A DNA stretch of 64,000 nucleotides from Raillietiella orientalis. Taxonomy: Eukaryota. Position numbers and translations under genes: made by a program. Shown one piece after another: positions 1-12,060 of this stretch. The notes beneath the pieces are model-generated. The model had not been told where the DNA came from, did not search any database, and saw only the letters and a program-made list of their open reading frames with translations. Where the stretch lies: positions 2,976,001 through 3,040,000 of the forward strand of contig JAYWIR010000007.1 in NCBI GenBank assembly GCA_036172245.1. The letters are read 5' to 3'. Within the stretch, counting starts at the first letter, position 1. Every line of letters begins with the position of its first letter.

Positions 1-3000
1 TCGTTGTAGAATCCTTGTGAATTTCGTCTATGCACCCTTGGTGTCTTTTTGGTGCTGAGTTTGCCTTCCGTGCGTGAGCTTCAAAGCTCCTTCAAGAGCC
101 TTGGAGCACACTGGCGTGCTTCCTTCCAGAGTTTCGCTCTTTGTCCAAAGCGCTCACCATCCTTCAGTTGCAACCACTTTTCCTTGAGCTTCAGTGGACT
201 CTTGGTCCATCTTCTTTAAATTACCTTGCTGCAAATTTTCTTCCGAAAACAAGAGTGAAAACGTAACAGAGAGAGATAAAGTTCATAGCACATCAACGCT
301 GCGCCATCGAGAAACACTTAGGACGTACTAGTTCGAATGCTGTGTTTCATGGTGTAAGAATCCGTTCATCTTCGTCTCCGTCACCCTAGACTCGCTTTTC
401 AGTCATCGTGCTTCCATGAGGCCTGTGATAAGGATGGCCTTTTTTCGGACGAAATCTCCTATTCTCATCTCTCTGCCTAGTTAGAGTGCCTCATTGTGAG
501 TCATCAATGTCTTCGAAATTGCTGTTAGTGGCACGATCCACCTGCTACTGCTGACTCTCCTTGTCGCAAAGTAGTCATGGTGACGAGCGGGATGCCTTCC
601 GGTTCCAATGCCGATCAGATGCATGACGCAACATCACGTTGTATTCCGCCAATAATATGCGACTTTCCTTCACGCAAGCAAATACTTGCCGGATAGTGAA
701 CGAGAACTGTGAACGCTCGAGGCCCGAGAATGATGTGCCTCAGCCTTGTCTTGTTATTGGTATCGGGTGCTGATGATGGAGCGATGATGTTTCCCGTGCT
801 TTCTTCCGTGACTGCTTTTGTGTCTCAGAGCGCTGCCCGGTGTTCAGTGATCATTTTGTTTCGGAGAACGTTTCGGTTCTAAAAAATATAAAGTGGGAAG
901 AGAAGACGCCTGTAATCTTTATTTTTAATTCCTTTTCTTCCAAATCACCAGGAGACGCAAGCTTTCTGGATGCAACTCTTCCCGTTTATCCAGTTACGTT
1001 CTGCCGAGATTCCTCAAAACCGAAATTTCACGTCAGAGAATTAGATGTTGTCCACAGTGCGATAATGGATAAGGAATTCGAATGTTTCATCGGAAGCACT
1101 CCATTCGCCAAACCTCCGAAAGGGAAACTGTTTAAGAAAGACGTCGAGTCGCAACCTCCGAAAACAGAGCTGATGGAAAGTGACGATGGGTCCATCAATG
1201 CTTTCGCAAGTATGGAAAGTGTTCTGCGTTAAGAAGAAACGGTCTCGATGAGAATTTCCTTCTTCCGACCAGATGAGGCGGCTGTGCCACCTCCGGGGAC
1301 CACCTGTCAGCCATCCAACGACGCTCCGAAAAAGGATGCAGCCCCCTCTAACTGTAAGTGCGTCACGAAGATGACATTTATACCTTGTCATAAAGTCTTA
1401 TGAGTTTCAAACGCCTTTATCGCGAATTAAAACTTTGATTAGCGCTTATCAAACACGATGTGGTAAACGAAATGCAGATCGGGCACACGATCCACATTCT
1501 CTGGATTGCCGTCGATCGATTCATCTCCATTCTGTCCTGCCAAGGGATATCATCACCCTTATTGATTTCAGCAGTGTGACTTGTACAATCAATCACGGAT
1601 AAGACAGCGGAGTTTCACGTTTGTGCTTTCAGTGAGGTAAAAAGCCCTGCTGTTACTTTTGCTCGGCCAAATTTTGCTGTGAAGGCAGCTCGCTCGCGTT
1701 CCGTGAGTCGGGCAGGTCGTACGGGTCGCCGTTCTGACTGCAGGGTTTTCGGGTTCATGGGGCTCCAGGTGGTCAGCCTTACCCGGTTTGAGCGCGAGTT
1801 TGTACGAATTCCGTACCAAGCGACCAGAGATGACACGCTCCCTCATCTTTCGCGGACTCCTCCCCTCGCGTCCCGTTTCGGACCGATGAGATCTTCTGTC
1901 TTGAAACTTCTGTGGAAACAGGGCAATGTCCGAGATTGAACGGACAGTTCTGCTTCTGTTCTCATCTTCCATGTTGCTCCGCAGAGCCACTTCTGTGCCA
2001 CGTTTCCGTCGAGAGGCTGAACACGGGCAGCTAGCGTCTGCAAGGAGAGATCGCGTCACCTGCGGTCATGGTGCACGCTGTCAGAGTTCACAGGTGCTTC
2101 TTTGTATAAAGGCGCTTTGCAGCGAATCAGCGAGCATAGCGTTGGCTAGCTGCTACCTCTGCTCAATGCAGCTTTCAAAGCTCCTCACATCTTGCAAAAA
2201 CGGGAGTGCCGTTATTGACCCTTCCCTTTTCTTTCGCTTTATGGAATTGAGCGGTCCCTGGAATCTTTACAATTTTTATTGCCTGTGTTGGTGGCCACGT
2301 CGTTCGTGCGCGGCACCTACCATCGCGGTTTCGAATACCGTGGAAGGATCGACGCCGAGTTGGATGCGCCGCGGGTTTTCCAATACCCTCGTATGATGGC
2401 GCCGCGATCTCTCAGGCATGGTTAGAATGCGCCCGCAGACGGACGCCCCGTTGGCTACCCGGGAATGCCCGCTTCCCTCGCATCTTGACGGAGAGGCAAT
2501 CGAAGAACCTTGCGTGAGGGCGCTGTCGCCGAGCCGCTCTGATACCACCTATGCGGTCAAGCAGCGGTTCCAGAGTGCTAAGCAAACCAGGAAAGAAAGG
2601 AAAAAAAAAGGAGAAAAAAAAGGTCGGAAAGCAAAAAAGCTGAAAGGACGTGGAAAGCAGCAAAAACGAATAGGCGAATAGTAAAGATCTCTTCGTAAGG
2701 TCACTGCTGACCTTTGAAAAACTTGAAAGCACAAAAAAACATTCTTATGATTTCGTAAGTGCTTAAGAATCTTTGTTCCTGAATTTTTCGAGAGAGACAG
2801 CCGTTTAAAAAAAAAAAAAAAAAACTGTCACTTGTCATTCTCAAGAATGTGATCCGTGAGTGAGGCGCAGATTGGCACTATTTAAAAAAAAAAAAAAAAA
2901 AAATGTTGAGCAAGAATGTCTTCGAGATTCTTGTTTCTCCAAAAAGATCGCATGCTGCTGGGAGGCACTCGGAGATTTTAGCATCCCTCAGTAATTAGGA

Positions 3001-4348
3001 GCGAGATCAAAAGTGATTCACCAAGTCTCAAGGAATGGGCGTCACGTAGCACATGGATGCCACGGCATTTCTGAGGTGGGGTCTTCTACACTGAAACTCC
3101 TCACGCAATACGTCCTGCTGCCATTCTTTCTGCTTTCAAGATCCTCGCGTTTGAAACTGCCCTGCTTGTTCGGTTCACACTTTCGCATCTCTTTTCCTCT
3201 TTCTTCTGCTCTCTCCCGATGTCTGGAAGTTCTCCCAGAAGACGCAGGTGGATCGAGTCCGAGTTCCCCACGGAAAAGCATCACCTTCTGTTCTTTGACC
3301 AGTATTGGTGATCTGTGAGCTTCCCGAGTGCTTCTTGGTAATTTCCTGGTGTTTGAGTTTTATAGTGTTCTCACTATCGTGCGGGAGTGGATTACGAGAG
3401 GTACGTTAAGAGATGAAGAGCAGGCGAAACGGCGACAGTAAATGGGACAGATGCTAACAGATGACTCTCTCTTTGTAAACGCTGTAGCTACCGAACGTCC
3501 TCGTCGGCTTCTCGTGCTGGCATCGGAAGAAGGAGATCGAAGGCTGCGCGCTCGTTATCTCGTTTGCTCCTTGGTGATCTCTAGCATAAGGGGGAACAGT
3601 GTGTGCGCACATGTGAGGAGAACGTATTTCCAACAGAGACCTCGGATCAGGGAAACCGTGCGGTCTTATCGGACAGAAAGCGATTTAGGCAGACTGCTTC
3701 GACTCCCAGCAGCGCAGATGATTTCTCCGATTGTGTCACTGACTGTTCCCATCTCAAGCGTCGATCCATTGCATTAGCATTCCCTGCACTGGGAGATTGG
3801 ATCCAATTGAGGAAAATGTCCGTACAGATGACGTGATCTACGAACCAGAAGAAGACGAAGATAAAAGGAAAGATAGTCTTGCACATCCTCGATTAGACAC
3901 CTTCACGGCTGAAGGCAACCTTCGGTAACACAACAGATCTTGAAATCACCTGGAAGGCAGTGGCTTTGTCTTTTTGGAGGGAGAAAATCATCTGGGAAGA
4001 GCTTCTTTCGTTCGAGACTGAGAGTTCTGGAACCGTTGACGGGATGGAGCATTTTCCGGAACTTTACGGGGAAAGATGTTTTTCGCACGACGGTCACTCG
4101 GACCTTCCGGGATCACTGCGTGAGAAGCCGTTGCAACACTTCCCTTGCACATCGAAGAAGAAAAGATGTTCCTGCAAGGAGGCGGAGCTGCATTTCGGTT
4201 GGTCTTGTGTCTCGCCGCTCCACCGTGCGCGATCAATGGTCGGGCTTGTGCTGCTGCCGGCTGGTGGAGTCTGCCAGGAATGAGGGTGTGGGGATGAGGG
4301 GAAGAACAGAAGCGCGCGTGTAACGATGTCTCTCTCTCCGACTCTCAG

Positions 4349-4417
4349 CTGAGGCGCGTGCTCCACGGCATCCCCTGAGGGGGCTTTCCGAGTCCGCCGA
4401 TGCCGTCACAGAGCCAC
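4349..4417 (+). CDS. Possible further upstream 69-nt ush exon
   Basis: Strong polypyrimidine acceptor tctctctccgactctcag ending at 4348, open frame EARAPRHPLRGLSESADAVTEP, weak donor C|GTACGA after 4417. Phase 1 at both ends, compatible with the 4598 exon. No conserved motif supports it. Confidence 0.3.
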
Positions 4418-4597
4418 GTACGAGTGGCTGCTTTTCCGCTCTACCGGTCCAGGTTCCCCAAAGGTCCCGGTTCCGTTCGCTAGCCTCTGCACGACACAGG
4501 CTGGCCCCGTTCGTATGCGAGCTGCGGCGCTGCCACTCTTTCGGCTGCGGCGCTGCTCTCCTGGTTTGACCGCCTATCACCTCCGAGTGCTTTCCAG

Positions 4598-4711
4598 TAG
4601 TAGCCGTCAAGCTGCTGCCACATAGATGCCAACCGTGCGGGATCAGATTCAGCAATCCCTGCACCCTGGAAGCTCATCAGCTGTACTACTGCTTTCACCG
4701 GCGCAGGACGG
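4598..4711 (+). CDS. ush: Internal exon of the ush gene encoding the first CCHC (FOG-type) zinc finger
   Basis: Translates as ..VAVKLLPHRCQPCGIRFSNPCTLEAHQLYYCFHRRRT, which fits the C-x2-C-x12-H-x4-C FOG finger and the Ush finger-1 pattern (C.PCGI.FS.P.TLEAHQ.YYC.HR). Acceptor tttccag ends at 4597 with a tttgac branch-like site about 30 nt upstream; donor G|GTGAGT follows 4711. The exon ends in phase 1, in frame with the acceptors at 7157 and 7172. Confidence 0.85.
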
Positions 4712-7157
4712 GTGAGTCTCCGTTTGCCTACTTCTGGTCGGGTTGGTGGCAAAGAGATGAGAGACTACGAGAGTGATGAGTTTCCTTTCTCCGCAAGAAG
4801 CTGCTCTCAAAGTCCCCCTTTCCCTTCAAAGCGCGAGGATGATTCTCTCTTTCTGCGGACGTGCCGATTGAAAAGCGAAGAACGGATCACCCTTTACTGG
4901 AAGAGCAAAAAAAAAGGCAAAAGGGAAAAGCTGACATCATCAACCCAAGGCGGGTTGATTGTCGATCTTTCCTCGCAAGAGAAAAGCTCTCGTCATCTCA
5001 GTGATAAAGAAACTGTCAATTCTCGAGACAGCCACGGGGAAAAAGCGGACCCGAGAAGATCGTGATGCGAGCGCCTGCTGCCGCGAATGCCTCAGCGTAG
5101 ACTCACATCATGGTTTTCAAAGAGGAAAGGGGGAGAGCGCGATCCAGATGGCGCTGCTGCCGTGGAGACTGCTGTCGTCACCCTCCCTCCCCAAAAGTGG
5201 CCTTCGGAAGGACGTCTCCTTTCGCCGGCCATAGTCAGAACAGGCGTCAGGCTCACAGAGAGGCACGTGAGGATTAGTTTCATCCCATGCCTATTGGCCA
5301 CCCCCTCACCCCTCTGCTCCGCGTCGTCTGGACTGGAGCCCCAGCATCTGAGCCCGCATCTAAAGGTGTGGAAGCATCCCAGAAAATCATGCCTCACGAG
5401 GCTGCCTTGAACAAAATAGACCAGAGATCCGAGCCTGAGGTTTTTGCATGGGAAACAAGAGTCCTCTCCAAGAACCGATGTGTCTTTGGTGCCTGCGTGT
5501 CGTGAGTCGAATCCTTGCTGCCGATGGAGGTTTCCAGAGCACTCAGACGTCGGTAAAGGAGGTCCTTAGGTGACTTGAAGTTTCCATGTAGCCATCGTAG
5601 TCTTCTAAGGGTCAGAAGGCACGAAATCCCCCGGATGTATCACACGGAGAGGAGCCAAGTTCCCTGATCAATTCCATCCGTCTTCAGAAAAACCGACCCA
5701 CCTGCTCCGTACGGGAGGACACACCGCTTCCTCAAGGATTGCCGCTGTTCCAGGAGGAGCCTGCAGTTTTCTGGAAAGTTTCAGAAGACCACTCTCGTAG
5801 CAATTGCGAAAATTCCTGGCTCGAAATTTCCTTTGATGGATGTTCGCGCTGCCGTAAGAGGGGTTTTTCTGTCAGGAAAACAAAGTCCGGGAACTCCTGG
5901 ACCTCGGCAAGGAGAGAGCAAAGATAGCGGCCTTTCTAGGGAGAGTGGAGGAGCTACGTGCGAGCCTTCGCTTCTCGGAAGAATAATTTCTTTGCTAAAG
6001 CATCATCTTGAAGACAGCTGAGGAGAAGTCCACCCATCCACTCATACCATCTCTCTCCTGGACCTCACCGCGTTCCGGGAGATGGTTGTTCCTCGAGGGT
6101 AGCCTGAAAAATTGCCAACGACGCGCGCGGCGTTTCTTCGAAACTTCTTCCAAAAGTTGGTGCCGACGCCGTCAAGCTCTTAGAGTTTTCCCTACCGGGG
6201 CGAGGGGGTAGCGATCGAGCTGTGAACGGGAAAGTCCGTGAGATGAACAGGGATGGACGAACTGGAGCTCAAATGGCAGTTTGCACACTTCAGCCACAAC
6301 GCTTCAGCGCGGTGGATCTTCTCACCGGGTGCAGGTGGGTCTCACCCGGTGTGGCGTTGTTTGCAATTTCGCCTAGCCCCACTCAGCTCCGCGTGACCCG
6401 GAAGCACTTTCTACGCTACTCATCACTGGCATTCCGGAAGTCTTGTTTTCCAAGACAACCGCTTCTCTTTCCCGAGGGCGATTAGTAACTACTCCCGGAG
6501 TACTCTAGTGGCAGTCTGATTCTCATCCATCCATCCCCCAAAAATCAGCTTTCCTCCTTCTGAACCTCTTGGTCCCCTTCATCCTTCTCAAGAAAGGTTC
6601 CAGGAGAAGTTGCCGACCCTCCAGTTGCCGAATTTCAGAAGAGTCCTTTGACGAAGAGAGGTTGGCACCCAGCTTTGTCCCCCTCGCCTTCTCTCCAGCC
6701 TGCTTCCCCGACGAGCTCCCGTTGCTGTTTCGTCAGAAGGCACCCACGCGAGACGGCAGAAAAAACCGCGCCGTCGCTGCATGTGCCAGCGGCCCGAGTC
6801 ACATGCGTTTCCGGATCCCCCAGAGCACACGCAGGAAGGTCTCGAACTTGAAATTTCCATGTCTCTCGCTCTTGAGTTAATGGGATATTGCTGTCCCTCC
6901 CCGGTCCTGCAGCAGGAGACCGCGGCCGTCGCTCACGATACTGTTCCCAGGGACAGGAACCTTGTCGCCGCGTGAGAAAGGGTCCCGGGTGTTCCAGGAA
7001 GACAAGGCGCTGTTAAGGGGGCTGTTGAGCTCCCCTCTTTAAGCTCCACGGGCCCTCAAGGGATGTTGGGCGGAGATGGAAGGGAACCGAGGGTGGCGAA
7101 ATAGACTTCTCTTACTCTCCCGCTCTTCCCTGTGGTCACAAGCATTTCTCCTTGCAG

Positions 7158-9241
7158 CAAGGTCTTTTCCAGGAAACGTTGAAGACGTCGGTCGAAAGGG
7201 TCCGGAATCCAGAAGGAGTCGGGAGGAGGAAGAGGAAGAGGAGGAGGGACGAACGGAGGTGGAAAAAGAAAGAGAAGGTGGAAAGGAGCGCATGCAGCCG
7301 TCGGAAGAGCCTGCGACCGAACCCCGTTCTGGTCCCGGAAGTCTGGAAAGAGAGGAGACCCTTACAACGGTGGCGCGCGACCACTGCGATGAGTGCGGAG
7401 GAGGGGTCGAGGATCCTCTTCCAGGACGGTCTTCGGGCCGCTGCGGACGCTTTCCAGATTCCAATAGCGGTGGCCCCGTGGCACCTCGGCTTTTCCTGTC
7501 CATCCCGGCCAGCCTGCCCTTGATCGTCCCTTACGACCTCATGCGGCAATCCGTACTCATTTCCGAGCACATGTTGCCCTCCCTGTGCAACGTCGTCTCA
7601 CCCGACGGCAGCCTCCACGTGGCCGAAGAAGAAGAGGGCGATGTGGAGGAGGATGCCACTTCCTCCCCGTCTCTTCCTCCCCCCCCGCCCAGGGAGATGC
7701 CCCTCGACCTCAGCATACGGGCCTCCAGCGCCCGCTCCTCCTCGCCCCACCTTCCGTCTTCTCCCTCCTCCTCCTCTTCCTCCTGCGATCCCGGGCCCCC
7801 CATCAAGAAGAAGTGCTCCAGAGGAGGAGGGGGAAACCCCGAGAACGCTTCACTTGAGGGAAGCGGAAGGAGACCCCGGATCGTACGCCTGCAGCGCAGA
7901 CAACCCGTCCGCTACACCCCCCCTTTGTGCCGCGGGATTGACCTTGCCCTTTCTGGAATTCCTTCCCTCCCGCTGGGGGCCAGACAACAGCGCCCGTCGG
8001 CCGCGGCGCTGTTCCCGTCGCCTGCTCTGAGGCTACGACCCGCCGCTGCCGCCGCTGCCTCAGCGCACCTCGCCGCTGCAGCTGCAGATGGGGCAGTTTC
8101 CTTGCCCAGGAAGGGAGGACAGTCTATTCAGGGTCCGTCATACTGCCGGGAGTGCGACATCCCATTCTACCGGCGCGAGAACTACGTGGTTCACAAGAAG
8201 CTGTACTGCTCTCGTCGAGGGCCGGCGCATCCGGGGCCCTCGCGCATGGGCCCGGCGGCCGAGGACGTGTTCGACGTGGCCGCTGAGCGCGAGGAGCTCT
8301 CAGCCCCTCCCAGCATCCGCGGAGGCCTCAAGTTCGAGTGTCCCTCTTGTGCGATCTCCTTCCAGTCCCTGGAGAATCTGAGAGCCCACAGGACGTACTA
8401 CTGCCCTCGTAGGGAGGAAGAAACCGGAACGGGCAAGGAAAACCGAAGCTGCTCTCGGTGCCGGCGGACGGTGGCCACGGAGGGACGGTCCCTGGCGCGC
8501 TCGCGAGGGGGAGTCTGGAACTGCCCCCAGTGTGATCCTTCGGCGCAGTTGCCCTCTTCTACCGGACCCCTTTCCGGCCAAGCGATGTCCAGGCACGCAG
8601 AGGGTCACCAGACCCAGGCCTTCCGCTGCACGATCTGTGGTTACTTGGGCAACACGCTGCGTGGGATGCGTACTCACATCCGCATGCACTTCGACAAGAG
8701 GCCACTGGACCTGCACGAGGAGCAGTTCGTCGCCTGCGTCCGCGTGGGTGATTTCCGCAGTGGTCTTTCCTCCGGGGGCAGCTTCCCTCCAGTGGCAGTG
8801 GCAACCGTGACTGCGACAGCGGCTACCGCAGCAGCTCCCGAGAAGGGAGATATAGAAGTCAAGGACGTCTCAGTGGACGACTCTTTCAAGCCTTTCCGTT
8901 GCGACCTATGCAACTACAGCTCCACCTACAAGGGCAATGTCCTGCGCCATCAAAAGTCGGTGCATGCTGTTGCTGCCTCCGCCGTCTCCGTCTCCGAGCC
9001 AGCTGGAGCCGCAGATTCGGACGGGTCCGATTTGTCACCCGACGGGGCCAGAGGACTTCTTCGGAGACTCGGGGAGACCCTGGTCGGAGGCAGCCTTTCT
9101 TGTGACGTACCCAACTTCCTGGTCCATTGCCAGAAACCCTTTGCCTGGCCCCAGGCTGACGACTTCCGCCTCAGACCCTTCCCGAAGACGGAGAGGACAA
9201 CTCCCACGAGGGACAAGTACATCTTGGACGTGGTCTCGTGA
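7158..9241 (+). CDS. ush: Large terminal coding exon of a U-shaped / Friend-of-GATA (ZFPM-family) zinc-finger transcriptional cofactor
   Basis: ORF 7076-9241 encodes FOG-type CCHC fingers CRECDIPFYRRENYVVHKKLYC (8144-8209) and CPSCAISFQSLENLRAHRTYYC (8339-8404), C2H2 fingers CTICGYLGNTLRGMRTHIRMH (8627-8689) and CDLCNYSSTYKGNVLRHQKSVH (8900-8965), and a CtBP-binding PLDLS motif (7700-7714). From recall, the blocks GNTLRGMRTHIRMHFDKR..EE, YSSTYKGNV.RH and FLSIPASLPLIVPYDL..PDGSL are typical of arthropod Ush. The start is set at the phase-1 acceptor ttctccttgcag (AG 7156-7157); an alternative phase-1 acceptor tcttttccag would start the exon at 7173. Confidence 0.9.
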
Positions 9242-11359
9242 CCGAACCGCTCCCTCTGCCCGTTTCCTCCCCTTGATCTCTTCCGAGCCCTCTCTGCCAT
9301 CTCTTTCGGATTCCTTATAGTTTGCTCCCACCGTTTTCTTCCCTTTCTACCACTTCCCTTCTCACGCCTCCTCTTTTCACCCCTCCTTGCTTTGTCCTGA
9401 CTCGCCCTCCGTCCCAGATGCCAAAGATTCTTCCATCATTTCCTCATGTCGTTGTATTGCTTCTTCCAGTGCCAATTTTGCTGCGAGGAACCCGAGGGTA
9501 GGAACCCGCCCTATGGTCTCTAGCAAGGACTTCCGGTTTTGTCTATTTTTTTTTTTTTTTTTTTTTTTGTATGGAAGCATCCGCGGCCTAAAGACGGTCG
9601 CTGACAAAAATAAAAGATCGCCTTTGGTTCTGACTTTTTTTCCAATTCTGTTCCATTCCTCTGGGAGGAAGACCGGAGAGAGAATGAGGGAGCACCTTTT
9701 TATTCTCTCCGGCTTCTTCTTTTCCTTTTTTTTTTTTTGGCTGTTCCAGAGGGTCCATTGAGGTTAATCTGCCTCCTACCCACTTGCATGAGGCCTCTTC
9801 CCTTCTTTCGGGTCTAAAAAGCTGTCTGATGTTATCGAGTCACCCTTCCTCTTCTCTCCTTTCTTTTCTTTCCTTTTCCTTTGGAAATAAAAGTCAAAGG
9901 CTTACCTCAACCCTTCGCTTCCGAGGCAACTCTACGCAACCTTCTCATCCTAAAAAAGGATCTTACTCAAAAATCTCTACTCTGTAGTAAAAGGGAGGTT
10001 TTTTCCATGCTAGCAGAGTCACTAGAGGAAAGAGGAGAATTAAGAGAGGGCGAGGAAAGAATAGTCAAGAAAGTCAAGAAAGAATAGGGACCTCACATTG
10101 ACGTTGCTCTTCTCTTTCTAGAACAGCAAGTGATACAGAAGACACTAGGTCAGAGCGCTTCCTCTGACTGTGTCCGCAATCCTCAAAGGAACGAATTTAG
10201 CCATGTCGGGATGCTGTTTTAGTGAGGAAGATGAAGACAGGAAGCTGGTGGGGGAAAGTTACAGAAGGAACCGATGATAGTTCTCAAGGAGAAGGTCCTG
10301 GGGATGAGTGAGAGTTGAGGAAGACTCGCCGAGGAAGGGAGGTCGAGTCGAAGGGTCGGTCCGAGGTTCTTCTTTGCTGCCTGCCTTCTTCGAGGATAAA
10401 AACGACGTTTAGCGTGAGAATCTGCTGAGGGATGTTCTCATGAAACTGCCGTGTTCTCCTCCCTTTCCGGTTCAGAAGCGCCTTCGAAAGAAACCGGGCA
10501 GTCTACTTTGCGTCGAACCCCGCTCCACTGCTGCGGCCTCGCTTAATCCTACAGACTGCTCCCTTTCCTAGCCAGCTGCTTCAGTTTCCTTCGACTCAGG
10601 AGACTCGGTCCTTTTTGATGCGGGTTCCAGGGGCCTCGAGGAACGCATCCCGTTTTCTTGAACGGTGGATGTTCCAGAAGTTGTTCGGAACTGTAACTTG
10701 ATGGTCTTCTTCACTAAAGGAGACTACCAGCATTCGAAAATGTTGAGACTTCACAAAAAAACATGGTGATTGCAGCGCTTGCTCTTATATGATGATGAAA
10801 ACGCAGAACGGTCAAGGCCGTTCTCTTGAGCGTTCCTTGAGATTATGCACCGAGCTCGTTGCAAGGGGATACCTGGAGCCTGGTGCACGAAAGATCATGC
10901 TGTTTGAGGATCCCGCCGGCATTCGCAGACCACAGCAATAGCAAGATTCTGATCTGCAAAGAGATGAAGCTTTTTGTTTTTCCTTAGTAATTTTCTGATA
11001 ACTGAGTCTCCAGAATAGATTGGGAATGGCCCTCTAATGCCGACAGTTCCTTCTTCTCGGGAAGGAACTTTAGTTTCTCCATGTAGGTTCTGGGAACCGA
11101 AATTCTCACTTTCTATTCTGATGGACGACAGATTCCATAGATCTGTTTCTTTAATAAGCTGCGTTCCTGGAGTATCCATCCTGACATCAGTATTTTTAGG
11201 AAGTCATTGCAAGAATTGCCTGCATAAGAACGTCAAGTTTGTCGATCTCCGCGTACGAGCTGCATTAAATGGTCACCCTTGACATTCTGGACGGGCACTC
11301 CAGACACCACTTGTCCCTACTGCACCTGTGGATATCTGCTTCCTCTACGGACAATCAGT

Positions 11360-12060
11360 GGACCTTGTCATGCGGAGACGCTTTTTTCAAAATAAATAAA
11401 TTTGAAGTCACTCAAAAAAAAAGTTTACTGAGCATGACCACTAGCTCGCAAGTCAGCTCGTAAGGGAGTAAGTAGCCAGAGGGAGGTGAATAAAGTGAAA
11501 AGATGATGGGGAGAATAGGGACAAGGGTCTTTGGTTTCAGCTGCTCCTTTCTTCTTGCAGCCGGCTCTGAATTCGGGCGATCTCCCTGGAGGCTTCTTGC
11601 AGGTAAGGCCATCTCGTAGCCGTTCTCATCGAGGTGGCCGCCATGCTGATGGCTTCCCTTCGCTGCGATCATGGAGTGAACTGTGACTGTGGAGCAGATG
11701 CACGATAGTTGCGATCACGACGACGGCTATCAGTCCTCCTTGCATGAAAAAACGTGGTCGCAGCAAGTCCGAAGTGGTGTCCTCTGAGTGGTGGATCACC
11801 GAAGCGAGTCTCCACCAAATATTCGCTAGTACACTGCAGTCCAGCAAGAGGTGCGGGAACGATTCCACCGCCCCGCACCTGGAGCAGTTCGGGGATGCAT
11901 CACCCTCGGAAACCGGGTGTCTGTGTCGATTGCATTGAAATCCCCAGTGCAGAATATGCCGTTTCTTCCACAGTGGGTAGACGGAGATATTCGCACACAG
12001 AGATGGAACCAAAAGTTCTTCGGGAGGCGAATTAAGCAGGGAGGGGCTGAAGAAATATCG
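11360..12060 (-). mobile_element. 5'-truncated L1/Tx1-like non-LTR retrotransposon (ORF2 C-terminal zinc knuckle plus degraded 3' UTR), copy A
   Basis: Minus-strand peptide LHWGFQCN..SPNCSRCGAVESFPHLLLDCSVLANIWWRLAS carries the C-x2-C..E[ST]..H.L.C motif (zf-RVT type) that follows the RT domain in L1/Tx1-clade ORF2. It aligns by eye with copies at 16.7, 36.5, 42-43.5 and 46.5 kb. Confidence 0.8.

Noticed and set aside
7076..7157. Met at 7076 as the ush start codon
   Set aside because: The segment is pyrimidine-rich, ends in two good acceptors, and a conserved finger exon lies upstream in compatible phase.
7039..9331. Many overlapping ORFs in other frames and on the minus strand over the ush exon
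   Set aside because: Shadow ORFs of a GC-rich coding exon; no motifs.
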